A stretch of 64,000 nt of DNA from Klebsormidium nitens (Eukaryota > Plantae > Klebsormidiophyceae): NCBI GenBank assembly GCA_000708835.1, contig DF237385.1:1-64000 (forward strand). Reading direction: 5' to 3'. Shown here in pieces: positions 47,568 to 62,336 of the stretch. The notes beneath the pieces were generated by a model. That model was not told the DNA's origin. It made no database searches and saw nothing but the letters and a program-made list of their open reading frames with translations. The number at the start of each line of letters is the position of its first letter. The stretch's first letter is position 1. A program made the position numbers and the translations under genes.

Positions 47568-50500
47568 AGAACGTGCGTTGAGGAGGTGGGAGCTGTAAAA
47601 GCGACTTGGGGAACTACGTCGAAGGTGCTTAGAAGCAAGGTGTCCGTGTTTGGTATGCGTTATGAATCGCAGGTTCGTTTGCTAAAGGGAGACGAGTGTC
47701 GTTTCAACACAAGTCGAGAATGCTTTTCGACAGTCCGTGAAGTTATGAAAGCCATGCGCAACGCAAGTGCATGATGGTGTGCTTCGAACAAATGGCAATG
47801 GTCGGACAACGGTTGGCTTGCGGCCCACTTGTTGAACAACGAAATATTGATAATGCAGAGTAGAGTATGTCCGTGTTTGGAACGCCTAAATTGGTTGGCA
47901 AATCAGTCCAGACTAAATTCATTTCATTAGCCTGTCTCAACAATTGTTGTCGATGAAATAAGGGTCGTTACTACATATGGTGTACGGGTCGATGATTGTT
48001 TTGGCAGTTTACGGTTCCGTTCTGAAAATTACGCAAGTCTGAATCATTGGAGCGGTGGACTTGGAAGCTCAGACCAACTACTCACGTGAAGCATGCGAAA
48101 GACAGGGCACGTTCTGGCGAGACTGCAGTTGGGTTGACGTGGACTGCATGAAGAAGTTCGCGGAGAGCACCATGAAATGTGCAATGATTGACAACGGGTC
48201 TCGCAAGATTTCCAATGACTAGCTAGGCAGGTTAATCATGAGAGGAACTCAAAAAGACAAAGACGAGTATCATGTCGACCGGCTAATTTAGATCTATACC
48301 TGAGATCGAATCATGCATGGGATCTGCAATCGACCTTCAAAATTAGTTGCTAGAGCTTGCCTCCATGTATTGGCATGCGGACGCATGAAGATCATCCCAT
48401 ACATACCAAGCCCGGGCGATCCCGTCACATACAAGCGCATGGCTGGCAACCTGACTAGCCGCACGTGCATGCGCACATGCCAGGTCTGATCTATTGGACG
48501 ATCTCATGAGCTGATACAGTTTGAGAGCATATTCGATGTCCATCTGTGCGGGTACCGTACAATCGATGACCATCTATGCAAGTATACCGTACAAATGGCC
48601 GCAGTTCTATTCCTTGGTCTGAAAGCTCAATATAACAGTTGCATAATACTGGCCGGCATTATCGTCTGAAAAGCGCAACTTTTCCATGTATCTGTTGACT
48701 GTTATTATTTGATTGCCTTGTCTGGGTCGAGCTGGATCAAGCGACCCCCCAATGGATACAAACAAGCCTAAGAAAGCTTCGCTATAAAGTCAAGCTCTGC
48801 CTGGCTCTATCACTTCTGTACTTTCCACCAACGGATGCGTGCAGATGCACGTGACTACAGGTTACTAGATCTTACGCTCAATTATATCATCTTTACCACT
48901 ACCGGGTACTCCGCCCGCTTCACTTGGCTAGATAGACTTGTCAGGGGCAAAAGGCCAATGCCATGAAAGACCCCTTTGAAACATCGCTGGCGCTTACAAT
49001 ACATTTGACATCAAATTGGTTGCTACCGGATTATCCATTTGCTCTTTATACATACTCTACACTGATGGTAAGCAAAGGATATCCTGCTGGCCCCTCCGGC
49101 GCACAATCAGATGCTATACGCTATGCAATACTTCAATTCATGGCCTGCACAAGGAAGCAGCAGATGACTCAGTCCAGCACAAAGCAGAGGGCTCAAATAA
49201 CAAGATTCAGGACGAAATGGAGGTCTGAAAACAAAACAGCTGCTTGGACTTACGAATAATGTTCCCACTTATGTACTTCAGCTTGATTACAGACTATCAG
49301 AGGCTTAGCGAGCGGTCAGCTGATTTCAGACATGTTTATCACATAGTAAAAGGAGATGAACCACAACACATTGAAGATAGATTCTCTCTTTAACGTGGCA
49401 CATAAGCCACACATAACAAAATTCTTCACATGAGAATACATCTCAGGCAATAAGAATCCTTTGCAAATAACAATCCTTTGCACTTATGGACGATTAATCA
49501 GAGTGAACATAACCCCACTGCGCTTGACATTGAGACCCTCGATTCTCACCGCTACTCCGATCTCAGACGCCTTGTCTCGCGCCTCGCCGCATCCATCTCG
49601 CTCCGCATCCGGACCGTTTCTTCCTCCAGCTCCGGACTGTTCTTCAGGTCCAAGATGAGAACTCTCCTGTGCCCTTCGTTGGCCCAAACCCGGAATGCCT
49701 GGATTATGAAGCTCAAGATCAGGACTGTGGCTAGCGCACCAGTGAAGTCTGGCATTGTTCAACGAGCGCCCTGTGTGAGTGTTCATATGGTATCTGAGCC
49801 AACTTCGCTCTCAGTGGACCTGTTACGCCGGCCGCTGCCGCTGCCGCTGCCTACATGGGACCCAAGGGCAGCCTACTGCATCTTGCTTGAAGTCTTATCA
49901 TTGCTTCAGGTGCTTCGAGCTGTCAGGTTGTACTCGGCTGTTTTGGAGGTTTCTCTCCTGATTCCCCAGCTCAGAATGTTGCAAAATTGAAGGGTCGCCG
50001 ACTGTCGCTACCCTGCATACTCCCTCACATCGTTTTCTGCTGGAGGGAGGCAATGTGGCTCCTGAGCTTGTTCTCTCTGAAGCTCGACCAGCCAGTCTTG
50101 AACCTGCGCTCTGTTGACTCCACAAATCAAGCGGTACCGCAGATTCAACCCCGGTCCACACCCACTGCTGCTTGCTTGAGACAAGCTTTTCAGCTCTGGT
50201 TCATGCCGAGCCAACCCAGAGCTCTGTCCTACATTGGAGTTCATGCTGGTCCCATCCTACACAGTAACCGGTGGCCCTGATCAACTCAAATGCTGGCGCC
50301 TTGAAGAAGTCTGCGAAGGAGGGGCACGGCTGCTTCACTGATTCCTTCAAGTAGGACGACCAAAGAGATTTGGAAGCCGAATCAGTATGGAGCTGGGCGC
50401 TTTGGAGCAGAGCCAAAAGCTGTAGGTCCTAAGCGCCAGCCAATCTGCTCTGTCCTGAATTGAACCGCTGCCGCCCCTGCTGCGCACAAAAGCCAAGAGC

Positions 50501-51960
50501 CCGTTTCTACTGCCCGTCTCGATTTGTGACACCCCGGTTAGCCCAGTCCCGAGCGATAAAGAAGGATGTGTTGCGCCCTTGATGTCAGCCCGGTATATAA
50601 ATAATGGCACACCGTGCGCTTTGTCCTGCATGCAGAATCGGATAATTAGAAGAGGTCTGGCTCGCCTGCTTGGTTGCCTCCCTTATTGACGTACATGTTC
50701 CAAAATGGTAAGGCATTTTTCTTCGTGATCCTATTGGTCGAAACCCTTACGGGGTTGACCGCGTTGACCGAGATCGAGACTTGAGCGACTAACCCCCCGA
50801 GTAACCCCAGCAGATTCCCTGCTGCGAGAACAAGAAATCCTTAACCCTATACTCAACCCTTCATCGAAAATTTTCCAAGGGGGAGGACATTCTAGTTTTT
50901 CTGGACATGCGCGCGGGCGCGCAACGCGCGCGCACGGTCAGAGCTGTCTAACAGGTACTGGTGCCTATTCTGCTGGTTGATTGATCTCTTTAGGTAAGCG
51001 CCCACACTCTACCCATCCGGAAAGCATCTAGTTGGCTTGTTAACTTTGAAAACCTCCTCCGCTTCCCGTGAATCGAATTCATTGGAAATTGTCGGTGAAG
51101 GGTCTAACTTTTATTATAGCAGCAAATTGATCTGACAGAGCTCCATTCGTCTGTCTAACTCGAAGGGTCGTTCGAATCATTCAGCTTCCGAAAAGACGTT
51201 GTACGGGCGTTCTTGTATTATCCTGTTAGGGAGACTTCGTAGTAGCTCGCACTCGAGCACACTCGAAGGGACGGTTCAAGGGGGGTTCAAGGTGCTCGGC
51301 AACAACCTTAATGCTTTAATGCTGGCTGTCTAAGCTGCCCAATAAGCCCAGCATTGGGATGCCGAGTCTCAATAAGACGAGGATGTTTGCTGCAGTTGAA
51401 ATCTCTCGACTTTTAATGACCAATGAATGTGCTTGCGGAATCAACAAGTGTCGGCGAATAGATGCAAGGCTTTGACAATTCTAACAATCCATGATGTCAG
51501 GGCCGTACTACGTTACAGCTGCAAGAGTATCATTTGAAAAGCTACAAATGCGATTACGGATAGCTGTCGATCCTTACTTAGTATTTAAGGATCATATGAT
51601 TCAGGAGAGATTTAACGACGAGGACTGGTGCTGCTGGCGTCCCTCTTTGCCAAAGCTTCGTTGCCACTAGCTCCGGTACTATTTGCAGCATGACGGCACA
51701 AAACAGGAGCGTTACTCATGTGATTGTTGTCAATCTCCGCGCCCTACTGGAAAGGACTTTCTTTATCTCAAGGTGCTAGCTTCGAGTGGAAGGACTTGAT
51801 CTTGGAGGCTTACGTAGAGGATCTTCGAACCGCATATTAGATAACCGCTCCTTCTTTGCAACGACTCGTTTGAATGGACGCGCGCTGAAAATTGCAGTGC
51901 TTGCAGTTTTACTCGCTAGTCGCAGGCGTTTGCACTCGCGTTAAACATTGACAACCTATT

Positions 51961-54900
51961 CTACCCTACAACATTCATCCGCAGAATGGAGGCAGTTGCC
52001 TTCGTTTTCGGACCCCGGCTTGGGATGAACGGCTTCGTCATCAGTTCCTTACTCTTCTGCAAAACCAAGTTTGGAGGAGGTTTTTGGGGTTGCGAGTACG
52101 CGGGGCAATCCAAAATGGAACACCAACCATCTCGCAACAAACGACGATCAGATTCTGTGAGGCTAACATGGTGAAGGTGCGAGAACGTTGACAGGTTCCA
52201 TGACTGTTACAGCTAAGATCCTCGAAGCTCGTCTGCGTATCTCACCAGCCTTTCTTCGCGCTGCTTGTTCCACTTTTCGGTTTCGGGGTCGGGAAGGTAT
52301 TCCGGATACTTTCCCAGCGGGTCCTGGGAGCGAAAACGATTGTGCAAGCTTCAATAATCATGAATAGCACATGCTTTGATCGCTGAGCTGGTCTGATGGA
52401 TGCAACGGGAATTCCAGGTCGGGAACTGTATGAGCCTCCGCTTTAGGCCTTCCTTCGGTCGTCACAGAACTTGGTCGTGAAACCCCAATTGACTATGATA
52501 ATCAAGACAACGCCCAGCAGAGCAGAAGGAGTCTTCCCGACGACTTCAGAAGGATTCTTCGTAGGGCACCTGATGGGATACCTGGAAATTGCTCTCGCGC
52601 TTACGCTTCCGGTCGATCTGAAAACCCCCCTTAATTACGTTGCAAGAGGGGGAAAATCAGAGGCGCGGCCTGCTCGTCCATGTTAGATTAAAAGCTGAGG
52701 GCTTATTCACCTTTGACGACTTCGCCGGCTTGAACGGTGCGAGGCCGGTCTCTGCTTTCGTCACTGGGGCCGGACCGAGCTCTGCCAGAAAATAGATGCA
52801 AATTAGCCCAATTCAGTTGACGAATACATGTACATGTCAGCGCCTTCTATCTTTTCAGAAAATCTAAGATGGTCATCTCTACGAACAGGGACTACCACGC
52901 GTTGCTCTCTTACTCCGATTCCTCTTCGCAAAATTAAACGCTGTAGTGGACAGCCAACTCTGCGGCTCGAAGTGATAAAACTGAAGAAAAATAAACGATA
53001 CGCCAAAAAAGTGGTAAGTTCCGACTGATACTACAAATCCTAAGCCAGAAAAATACCTGCTCCGCACCCCTACCCACCCCAACCCCCAAAGAAAATGTCG
53101 TTCTTATCTCGGCTTTATATCATCTTTCTTGACTTCGATATTGAATCCTGGGAAACCTTTGTCCCTCCTCTCAATCACATTGACAAAACCTCTCACTCGA
53201 TTCCCATTAGATATCTTAAACGAGAGGCGCAAACGGGGATGAACGTCATCTCACCTATGTGTTCGTATTCGTTGCCCATAACCGACTTCGGGTACGCGGC
53301 ACCCTTCCACTTGCCCACCCTGGCCGGGTAGAAGGGCTTCAGATCCGGTGCTTCCGCTTCGCCGGGCTTCTGCAGCGGAACCCGGCCGGAACGTCAGGTC
53401 AACGACGAGACCTGATCACGAGTCCGAAAGCAATCGACACAATCTGGGAGATCTGGATACAAAGGCAGAGCTGCGCAGACGACCTTCGAGGAATCTCTTG
53501 CACCGGGAAAGGTCTCACTCCGCACAAGGACTTGGATCGGGGATGGAAAGACAGAACGGCCGACATTCAACGTCATGCGGGAGGTGACAAAGTCTGCACT
53601 TACTGCGGGGCTAAGGGAATTGCACACGAAACGAAGGGCAACTTAGGAAACTGAAACCCAATGAGCGACAAAATAAGGAGCCCCACCTTTTTCAATGACC
53701 CCCTATCGACATATTCGTTCGGTACATAAGCATATTCCCCGACCACCCCCCCCACTTTGGCACGCTCGCTCAGAGTCACGCCGATGCAACCGAACGTTCC
53801 CTTCTTGGGCGGTGACGTGAAGAAGTTCCGGGGGGCCGTCTTGACGGCGCCCGCTCCCTTCTTCACCGTCGGCTGCTAGGCGGAACGGAACGGATCGAGA
53901 TCTGGGTTACTTGCTTTCGCGGCTGTTCATCTTCCGATCGGAAGCTTTCTTAACGGCCTTGGCGCTGAGAGGTTGCAGAAATACGAATCCGGCAAGCAAA
54001 TGTAATGTTAGTTTGGGACACGAAGAGCAGCAACTATGTTCGCGTGAAAGAGCATGTTCTAACAAGCTCAAACAGACAGGTCCTGCCAATCCATAGCAGG
54101 CGCGCTACAGGCGTGCAAATCACTTCCCGTTCTATTGCAGCTTGCTTTTCCAAGAATTTGACTGCTCAATCAGCTCGAAAAAATCACGTTCACTTCATGA
54201 CGTGAACGGGTCTCACTGCTTTCGTTGGCTTGGGAGACTTAGAATGGGGTTCAAGCACTTGCCTGTGCTGCATCGGGGTTCACTTCTGGTTCGTACGCCA
54301 ACTTTGGTCCGAAGCATCCATCCCAGGAACTTGTCCCCACCCTACACGATAATGCAGACCGCATCTTGAGTCGTATGCTTAGCGTAAGGCTTGTAAGGGA
54401 CAAGACACTCGATTCTGCTTAAGCGCCCCAAAGTTGGACTTAATCTGTCAAGCTTCAGGATGAAAAACGGATTCACTGGTCTCCTCTCGAACTGAAAACC
54501 ATCACTGTCCACGTTCTGACCAAGTTTTGGATTCTCATCCGTTTCTCTCAAGGTAGCTAATCTGGCTGAGACTAAAGACCGCACTCAAAGCCGCAAGACG
54601 ATCGTGCTTTCATGCTTCACTGTGAGCACCCAAAGAAGCAAAGGCTTGAGTTCTGGGTAATGTTCGACCGATCACTGGAGACCTTTCAAATCACGTTGTC
54701 GACTCACCCGGTTTTGCGCCCGCTATTCCGCTTGAACGGCTTCTCGCTGAGGTTCAGCTTTTGCGACGCAGCAAGCCGCTCTCGTCGGCTCTTGGACAGG
54801 TCTTCGTATGGGACCGTCTGTCGAGAGGGCCGACGTTAAAGTTTGTCAACAACTTGCAGAGGTAGCTCGACGAGAATCTCCCGGAGCATTTTCGCAGCCA

Positions 54901-56016
54901 CCGGGGATGAGTGCTCAAGAGGACACCGGTTTCAGAAGGCAACTTTTTGTACCTAGTGCGATCGAATACCAGCGCACATCGACGATCTACGTTGAGCACC
55001 TGAAGGTTCTTCAAAAGTTCGTTGAACCGTTCGAACAGCCCTTGGTAGGTTCCTGCTGCAGCTGCCAACCTTACGCAACCAGCGACTGCCGTTCCTTTAA
55101 CGTCTATCCTGTAAGGCGTCAGCAGGAAATGAGCTACGTGCGCTCACTAAACTCGATGCTTCGCTTCCAGTTGAAACGCTGAAATTCTTTAGTTGGCGAA
55201 CAGGATCCTGAACAAGGCAGACCGGGTTTGATCCGACCATTTTGATCGATCGCGAGTGACTGTCAGACTCACCTCACAGAGCGGTTTGATTTTGTCGAAG
55301 GTCGCATCTGCAAGCTTGCCCGACCTTGTGATTGTGGTGGAGAAGTTCTTGCCTGAGATGCGTGGATCTGGCTCTGCAGAACGGAACCGCAACACTCCAT
55401 TTGATATGCTTTTCGTGATTCGTGTCTTGAGTCAACGCCTGCGAGCTGAAATGCTTTGGAGGAGGTTATGAAGAGCTCCATCTCGCAAGGGCAATGGCAA
55501 GGCTGAGACAAGCCACAATGCCCTTCCATATCAAGAGATTGAGCAATTTGTAGTGCTGATCTTGCCAGGTTACCAGTCACAGACGCAGTCGAGATTGACA
55601 ATTCCAAGTGCCAGCTGTCAACTGTCCCAACGTCAGCCACATCAGAGTTGGCACTCCCAACTCTTTCCTACCTTTTCGCTATAGACCTTTTGGACTTGCT
55701 TGGCTTTACATCCTATTAGACTTGCAATGGTAGTCACCTTCGTGTCTAGGAAGAACCATCCATGTTTCATCATGCTCTGCCAAGTGCAGGAGAGCTTGAG
55801 CTTCTTCTCTGCAGCTATTTTAACAGTTTTTGAAGCGAAAATGTCTAGCAGCTTGAGTTCTATCAAGATGATTACAGTTTCTGACAAAATAACCCTGATT
55901 GCATAGGGCTTAGCCCGTCCCTAAGCTCGTCTGCATGCAAGCGTACCGTGCTTCTGGTGATTCTCATCTCCTAGTGTTATGTACTCCTCGCTGAAGTGTC
56001 CGTATTTGTTCGTCAT
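51961..56016 (-). CDS. CFAP96: Cilia- and flagella-associated protein 96 (C4orf47/DUF4586-like)
   Basis: Spliced product MTNKYGHFSEEYITLGDENHQKH|EPDPRISGKNFSTTITRSGKLADATFDKIKPLCE|TVPYEDLSKSRRERLAASQKLNLSEKPFKRNSGRKT|..SWDGCFGPKLAYE..|..APRNFFTSPPKKGTFG..GEYAYVP..|..|..|DPLGKYPEYLPDP..|KPFIPSRGPKTKATASILRMNVVG* follows the remembered C4orf47 motif order (FSExxYIT.GD, KN.YT.P.KKG, F.P.SGPK...SI...N). The exon 3/4 junction is unresolved. Confidence 0.8.
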
Positions 56017-58368
56017 CTTTGCAGCGCAAGTAAATGTCCAGCCTCTCTGCCTAGGTCCGCCCCGGCCTTCCCCTCGATCGAATCCCCTCAATGAATCCTG
56101 TGTGCTTCGTGACTCGACTTGATGCTTGCCAGACTCTGAGCTTTGGCCAGACTTACGCGACACAGCAAGTATTGAGGCCTGTTAATGCCCTAAGACGAAA
56201 GTGGTCTTTCCTCTGCAGACTGCAATGCTGGATGCTCTGTTCATGCACGTACGTCCTGAATGACCTTGTTTGGACTGTCACGACTTCGCTCATGAGCGGC
56301 CTACGTCTTTTCTTCCGTCATTACACGACACGGACAGCAATGACAACTCGTTTTAAATGACACCATTGTTGTTGCTCTACAACCGATTGGTGCCTTAGAG
56401 TAGCATCACTTGCAGCTTGACTTGCAGGCAGTGCATTGAAGGATCCATAGGAGCCATTGCAACATTCACACCAGGCTGCAAAAACTTCTGAGGATCGGTC
56501 ACATTGCTGGCAATGCTGCCGCTGGAGATGCAGTCAACGCAGACATGATCCTACCACCAGATCTAGAGTTGAAGTTACCGTAGCCACCGTGACAATGCAA
56601 GCTGTGGGTTCACAGAAGAATCTGAAGAATCTGTCGACGGCCTAGCTTACACAATCTGTCAGATGAGTGGTTACCAACGTGAGGTAACAAGCTGAAATCT
56701 CTCGTAGGCGAAGCAGGCTTGGAATCCTTCTAGGTAGTACTGCGAAGGCAGAACTTAGCCCACTGCATATTCACACTAAGCGCGCTCAGGCGCGCCGCGT
56801 GTATGCCGTGCTCACTGCGCTGGCCCAATTGCATTCCGGCACTTACCAAGTACACATTTCGAGTACACGAGGTACTTACACTGCGTACGCTGACTGACGT
56901 GCGATCGCCGTAACGGGCCCTGGAGGTCCGGGCTTACGTTACACAATCACTTTGATATGCGCGCGCGAAACATTTTTAGCCGTTGGTTGACGCGAGGGTC
57001 GAGAGTGACGATCATCCATAAAATTCAGAATTGAACGCGTTGACCCAGTGATTCGCCTGTAGCGCTCTCCAGCCTGGGGCGGAGGGATTGATTTCTGATC
57101 TGCAATGTGCTGCAATGCGCCAGTGCGCGGCGCGCCCCTGCGACCGCACTCAGGCTTGCCGAAGCATGGAAATAATGGCAAAACTTGATTAGTGCTAGCA
57201 GACCAATGTACCATGCAAGGAATGCACTGACAGCAATGCTGCGATGCGTGGACACCGTGCACAGGTGATAGCAGTCAAGCACTGCAGCATTAGACCTATG
57301 TCAGACAGTTGCATGGTTGTGTGGCGGAACTCTGTGTAGGCTGGCGCAAAGTGCTACATGTGAATTGAAAGACCAGGTTTCGGTGGATGACAGCGCGGCG
57401 TTCACCGAATGCCCTCTAGGTAGACAAAGGCAGGTGCTGTGCGCTGTCAGCATTACAAAAACGCATTGAGGAAGGCTTTGGCAGCAGTTTTTGCACCGGG
57501 CCGCGTGCCCTCCCGAGGTACGAAACAAACATTTGAGTGAAAGTGATGCTTTTGTTTGTATGCTGTTGGCTTCACGAGCAAAGGTCTCATCTCTTTTTTT
57601 ATATTTCAAGTTGAAGCCCCATCGATAAACCGTAGAACGACGTGGATGGCATGTCGTTCAGTTGCCAATGAAAGGGAGAAAGCTGACAAAACTGACTTTG
57701 TTCCTGGTAGGCTCAATTGAGTTTCTTGAAACAATTCGCACATTCGCTCAGAATATTTTCAGCAACTGGCACAGAAGATCGACTTACAAAGTCAACAGAA
57801 GGTGGTCAAGAAAAGCTCTAAGCAATTCTCTACTTCTGCTTTGCAAGCAGCATGTTGTTTCAGAGGATCTCAATGTCTTCCTTCAGATGTCAGACTCTGG
57901 AATATGTTGTCACAGCCTGTTTCTGACAGTCAAAGACTTCTTGTAGAAGGAAAGTGGATATGAGCGATTGTCAACTAATTGATAGAACTCTTAACCTGCC
58001 AAGCTGCTCGGCGCACGCCCAAGCAACGCAAATCCAATGATCACTTTGACTAGCTCTCACGAATCTCCCCGTTCAGTGACAATACCAAGAAAGGGGAAAT
58101 TAGGTTCCAGTGAACAGACTGCCCACAGCTCCTTTAAGGCCTTCTCTCACAATATGATAGCAGGTATCCTTGTCTTGGATCTTCTTTCTGTCTGCTGGAA
58201 CCAATCTTCTTTTCAATGTTTGTCTTTCTCTTCTTCGTTTCATTCTCTCCGTCCCATAAATCTCTATGTCAAAAGTACTGGCTCCTTTTTACTTCCATAT
58301 CAACCTCATCAAAGATCATGACGACAGATGACGACATATGAAGACACTTTTGGCTCACAGGCAACACA

Positions 58369-61300
58369 ATGGGTACCGAGCGGATCTCCCGCGGGTCTGT
58401 TGAGGAGTCAGCAGAGGGGCTGGAAGAGGCGATGCGAGAAATGGGGATGGGGCACGAAGAGGAGAGCAGCTGCCACGACTCGCACACATACGGGTACCGC
58501 TACACTTCACCGGAGGAGCGGGCAGAGACCAAGTTCCAGAGAAAGTGAGCTGCTTTCCCAGGGGTCAGGTTAGTTGGTGAAAGCGCAGAAAACTGTCGAA
58601 ATCAGGCAATGATTCTCTGGATAGACGACTGGCAACTACTTTCTGTTCAGGAGATCGTTCAATACGAAGTTCGAGTATTGAAGAGATTGAAAATTGAACG
58701 AGCTTGGGATGTTTACGTCAGCCAGAGTAGGACCTTCCTCAGAAACACAGACTGAGCCGGGTCCAGACATCGCAAGTTGCGTTGCAAAACCGCTCATCAA
58801 GCACTGACAAGCAGCCGAAAGCATTCTGATGAACACTTTGGAGTGGGGAGGACATAACCTGAAGAGTCTTGTGTGTCTGAAACAGACATGATTTCCTTCG
58901 AGCACTTTACTTTGCACTCGTTGGGATGCAGACATTATGTCCAGGGCCACATCAATCTTGGAATGGTATGAAAGGAGTCGGTTACAAGACCTTCGACGGA
59001 TGATACCATTCTGACAAGTATCAACGAAAACAGGGAATGAAGCACATTCAAGAGCTATCAAACAGGCATCAGTCCAAGACAACGAAGCGGACAACGTCTT
59101 CGCATTAATCTAACAGCCCTTTTTTCTTTCGCAGGGCCACATGGGAGTGGCTCAAAAAGGTCGGCTTCAAGATCTTCGACGGAAGCAGCCTGACGTCCAT
59201 CTCGCTTCCGGTCAAGGTCTTCGAGCCGCGCTCATTTCTGGAGCGGTTAGCGGACAACTGGGCATATATTGACTACCTTCGAAGAGCAGCAGAACAGACC
59301 GACCCGCTGGAGAGATTCAAGTGAGTCAGGCAACCTCGGACGCGAACATGACGCGAGCGTCGATGCACAGATTCGATACAGTTCCACCGATATGGAGATA
59401 AGGAGCCGAATCGAGTTGCATCTGAACTTGGAAAGCTAAACTAGGGGTGTCAGTTCACGAAGAGAGAAACCCTGCCAGGAGCTTGAAGGGCGGACGTACA
59501 AGGGAAATCAGCCCGAGGAGGACAGTTTATCTGAAGGTCTTTTCTATCGGGAAACTCTGAAAGCAAGTATGTACGTCCCTACTCAGAGATGTATTTTGAG
59601 GCGTGGTCAGCCTGCGTTTCTCAAGGACGACTCTGTCTGAATGGCGAATCATTCAGAATTCGACTGTCGCTGGTGAAGTTTTGCCGGACGCTGAGAACGA
59701 CCCTTTCCGAGAATCTGAATGGGTTGCCCTAAAGACCAAAACTGCTCTGCAGGCTGATCATCGCGTTCGTCGTGTCTGGGTTGAGCAAGCAGACCGGCCA
59801 GAGCAAGCCGTTCAACCCCATCCTGGGAGAGACGTATCAGGTCAGGATGCACATAACTCAAACTGAGGCTGACTCGCTCGCTAGACCCAGCAGCTTTGTT
59901 ATAAAAGAGCTGGACTTGATTGCATGTGCTCCAAGTTGTTGTCGTGCCTCGACACTACGACATTCTCTACAGCGTTTTACTTGCCAGCCCCTCCGTTACC
60001 ATGTGTAAATCCTCGTTGAGTAGCCTGCGAAATCTGCGAACTTGATCCATCGAATGTAGTCCAAATACGTCCTTGTCTCTACTTGAGACTGCCATGTCTC
60101 GATCCTAGGGTCTGATTCCCAACCTCTCGACAGGCGACCTTCGAGGGGGGTATCACCGTGTACTGCGAGCAGACCAGCCACCACCCCCCCATCAGCAGAT
60201 GGGAGGTTCGCGACTCCCAGGGTCGGTTTGATTACACCGGAGACGGTTCGTGGACTGCCCACATAAGGGCGAACACGGCGAAGGGTCACCAGGAGGGAGT
60301 GAACCGGTTGCACTTCACGGCAGACGATGCAGAGGTGGGCGGTCGGTTGGATCGACCGGGGTTTGATTCGACCAAGTGAAAGTGGTTAAGAATAATTCGA
60401 GCATGGCTGATGCACTAAATTGAGTAGACAGACAAGAATGTTACGCGCCCGCCCGCATCGTTTCAGTTCTCTTTTGTCTTGACGCGTTTCAAAGCATGCT
60501 CCATTGCCCCGAACTTTCAGTCCCCTAGCTTGCCGCTTTCCGCTTCCGTGGTTCCGCGTCTCACTACTCCGCTAGGGACTTTCTCCGTCCCGTTCCGTCT
60601 GCCTTGGGATTTCCTTTCTTTGATTTTGGTTCCGTCCAACGTCGATGCCGTTTCTCGCGCTTTCTGAACGGCCCTAGCTTGTTCCGCCACTCCAGGCTCG
60701 CGCGACTCTATTACGTACATCTTGCTTTGTCCGCACCTCTCCGTTCCGCTCTCGCCCATCGAGCCGGAATCATTCCGTTCCGCAGGTGACATGGGATCTG
60801 CCGGCGATCCACCTCAAGAACGTCATGTGGGGCGAGCGCACCCTGTTGTACACTGGAGAAATGCATTTTGAGGATAAGAAGAACGGGCTCAGGTAATCGT
60901 CTCTGATAGACCTGCAAATTACTTAGTCAAACACAATGAAAAGAACAAGGACATATTTCGTACCAAGTTAATCTGCACGAACCGTGAAAGCAGATGAATT
61001 TCCTAAAGCTGGTCCTGAGAATCGCGCATCAATGCCTGAAAGCGAACGTAAAAGGATGCATCCGCACCAGCGACTTTCTTGCCGGAGTCTGACTATGACG
61101 GTCGCCCGTTAGGACGGGGTCGTATCAAGCTTGCGGCGATCAACTGAAAAGTTCTTTACCAGCCCGCCGGCTTTATAGCAAATTCGAGCCTCTTTCACCA
61201 ACTCGAGATGCGAGATTTTGCAGCTGCGAGCTGGTCTTCGACCCAGACGCGAAAACGGGGGGCTACTTCGCGCGCATGTTCAAGGGGAAGACGTGCCCCG

Positions 61301-62336
61301 ACCTGCTGCGGGGGGATATCTTCCAGTCCAAGCCCGAGGCTTCGGGGAGCACCCCCGGAGCGAAGCAAAAAGCTGGAACGGTGGAGGGGGTCTGGCTGTC
61401 GCACTTGGACATAGAAAAGGAAAGGTGAGCATGTTTCACGGGATCCAAACTGCCATTCCTGAGATTTATGTTTGTTAAGTGGTAGAGGCAAGAAAGTGCA
61501 AAAACGGTGGACGTCTCGACAATCGAACTCGCGCAAGCCCTTATGTACCATGGTTAACAAGATTTCCCTGAGTCCAGGTCGCAACAACCAATGGCCAGGA
61601 TTAGGACCGGTATCAAATATTCTCCACTCCTGCCCACCCAACTTAGACTTGACACTAACTGTGCCTAAAGAAAGATTGCCAATGTCTTTTTTCTCTGCAA
61701 AGAGCCTGCCACAAAGGATTGGCTCAGATTAGAGGCCGATACCGTGGAGTCGCCTGACGGTTTTCAAACCGCTTTTAAACCCGCAGGGTTTGGGACATTC
61801 GGAGGGCGCACTCGCACAAGCCGACGCCCGTGGATGACCCGCTGCCCACCGACTGCCGCTTCCGACAGGACCTCATTGCGTTGAAGAACAAAGACTACGA
61901 GGAGGCGCAAATGTAAGCGCTTTTGGTGGTCGATTCTGAAAGCATTTCAGTTGGTGAAAACCGATTCAACTCCAGTCTTCGTCTGTCGACGGCCTTCCAG
62001 AAAAGGCAGGCTCTCCACGCGGTTTCACAGCGGCACACAAGTCTCAGAGTAAGATGAACCTACTTGCAATACCTTGGAGTAGAGTTGAAAGTTATTTTCT
62101 AATCAAGTCGTAGAAAGATTCTTATTAACGCCGCGCTTGGCACCTTTGTGTGCAGGTGGAAGGAGAAACTTGAACAGAAGCAAAGAGAGGATGAAGCCAG
62201 GCGGAAGAGGAGCGTCGATTCGACAACCGGCAGCCAGCGCCAGAGGTCCAGTACTTCAAAGCGGAACTCGTGGAAAACACTCAACTGCATACACACGCCT
62301 GCTCAAGTCAACACAGAGCCAATCATTTCGGAGTAG
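58369..62336 (+). CDS. Short oxysterol-binding protein-related protein (ORD only; no PH domain seen)
   Basis: Seven downstream GT-AG exons encode SLTSISLPVKVFEPRSFLERL, KPFNPILGETY, EQTSHHPPIS (OSBP signature), LPTDCRFRQDL and WKEKLEQKQR. The start codon is tentative. Confidence 0.92.

Noticed and set aside
49478-50631. Coding-looking minus-strand ORFs (QDKAHGVPLFIYRAD…; FIIQAFRVWANEGH…)
   Set aside because: Three different frames with stops, no consistent splice path and no family recognised; at most a decayed gene.
54975-55110. Apparent exon IDVKG…GTYQGLFERFNELLKNLQ inside CFAP96
   Set aside because: It is phase-incompatible with its neighbours; exons 55373-55273 and 54817-54708 join directly in frame and fit the family better.
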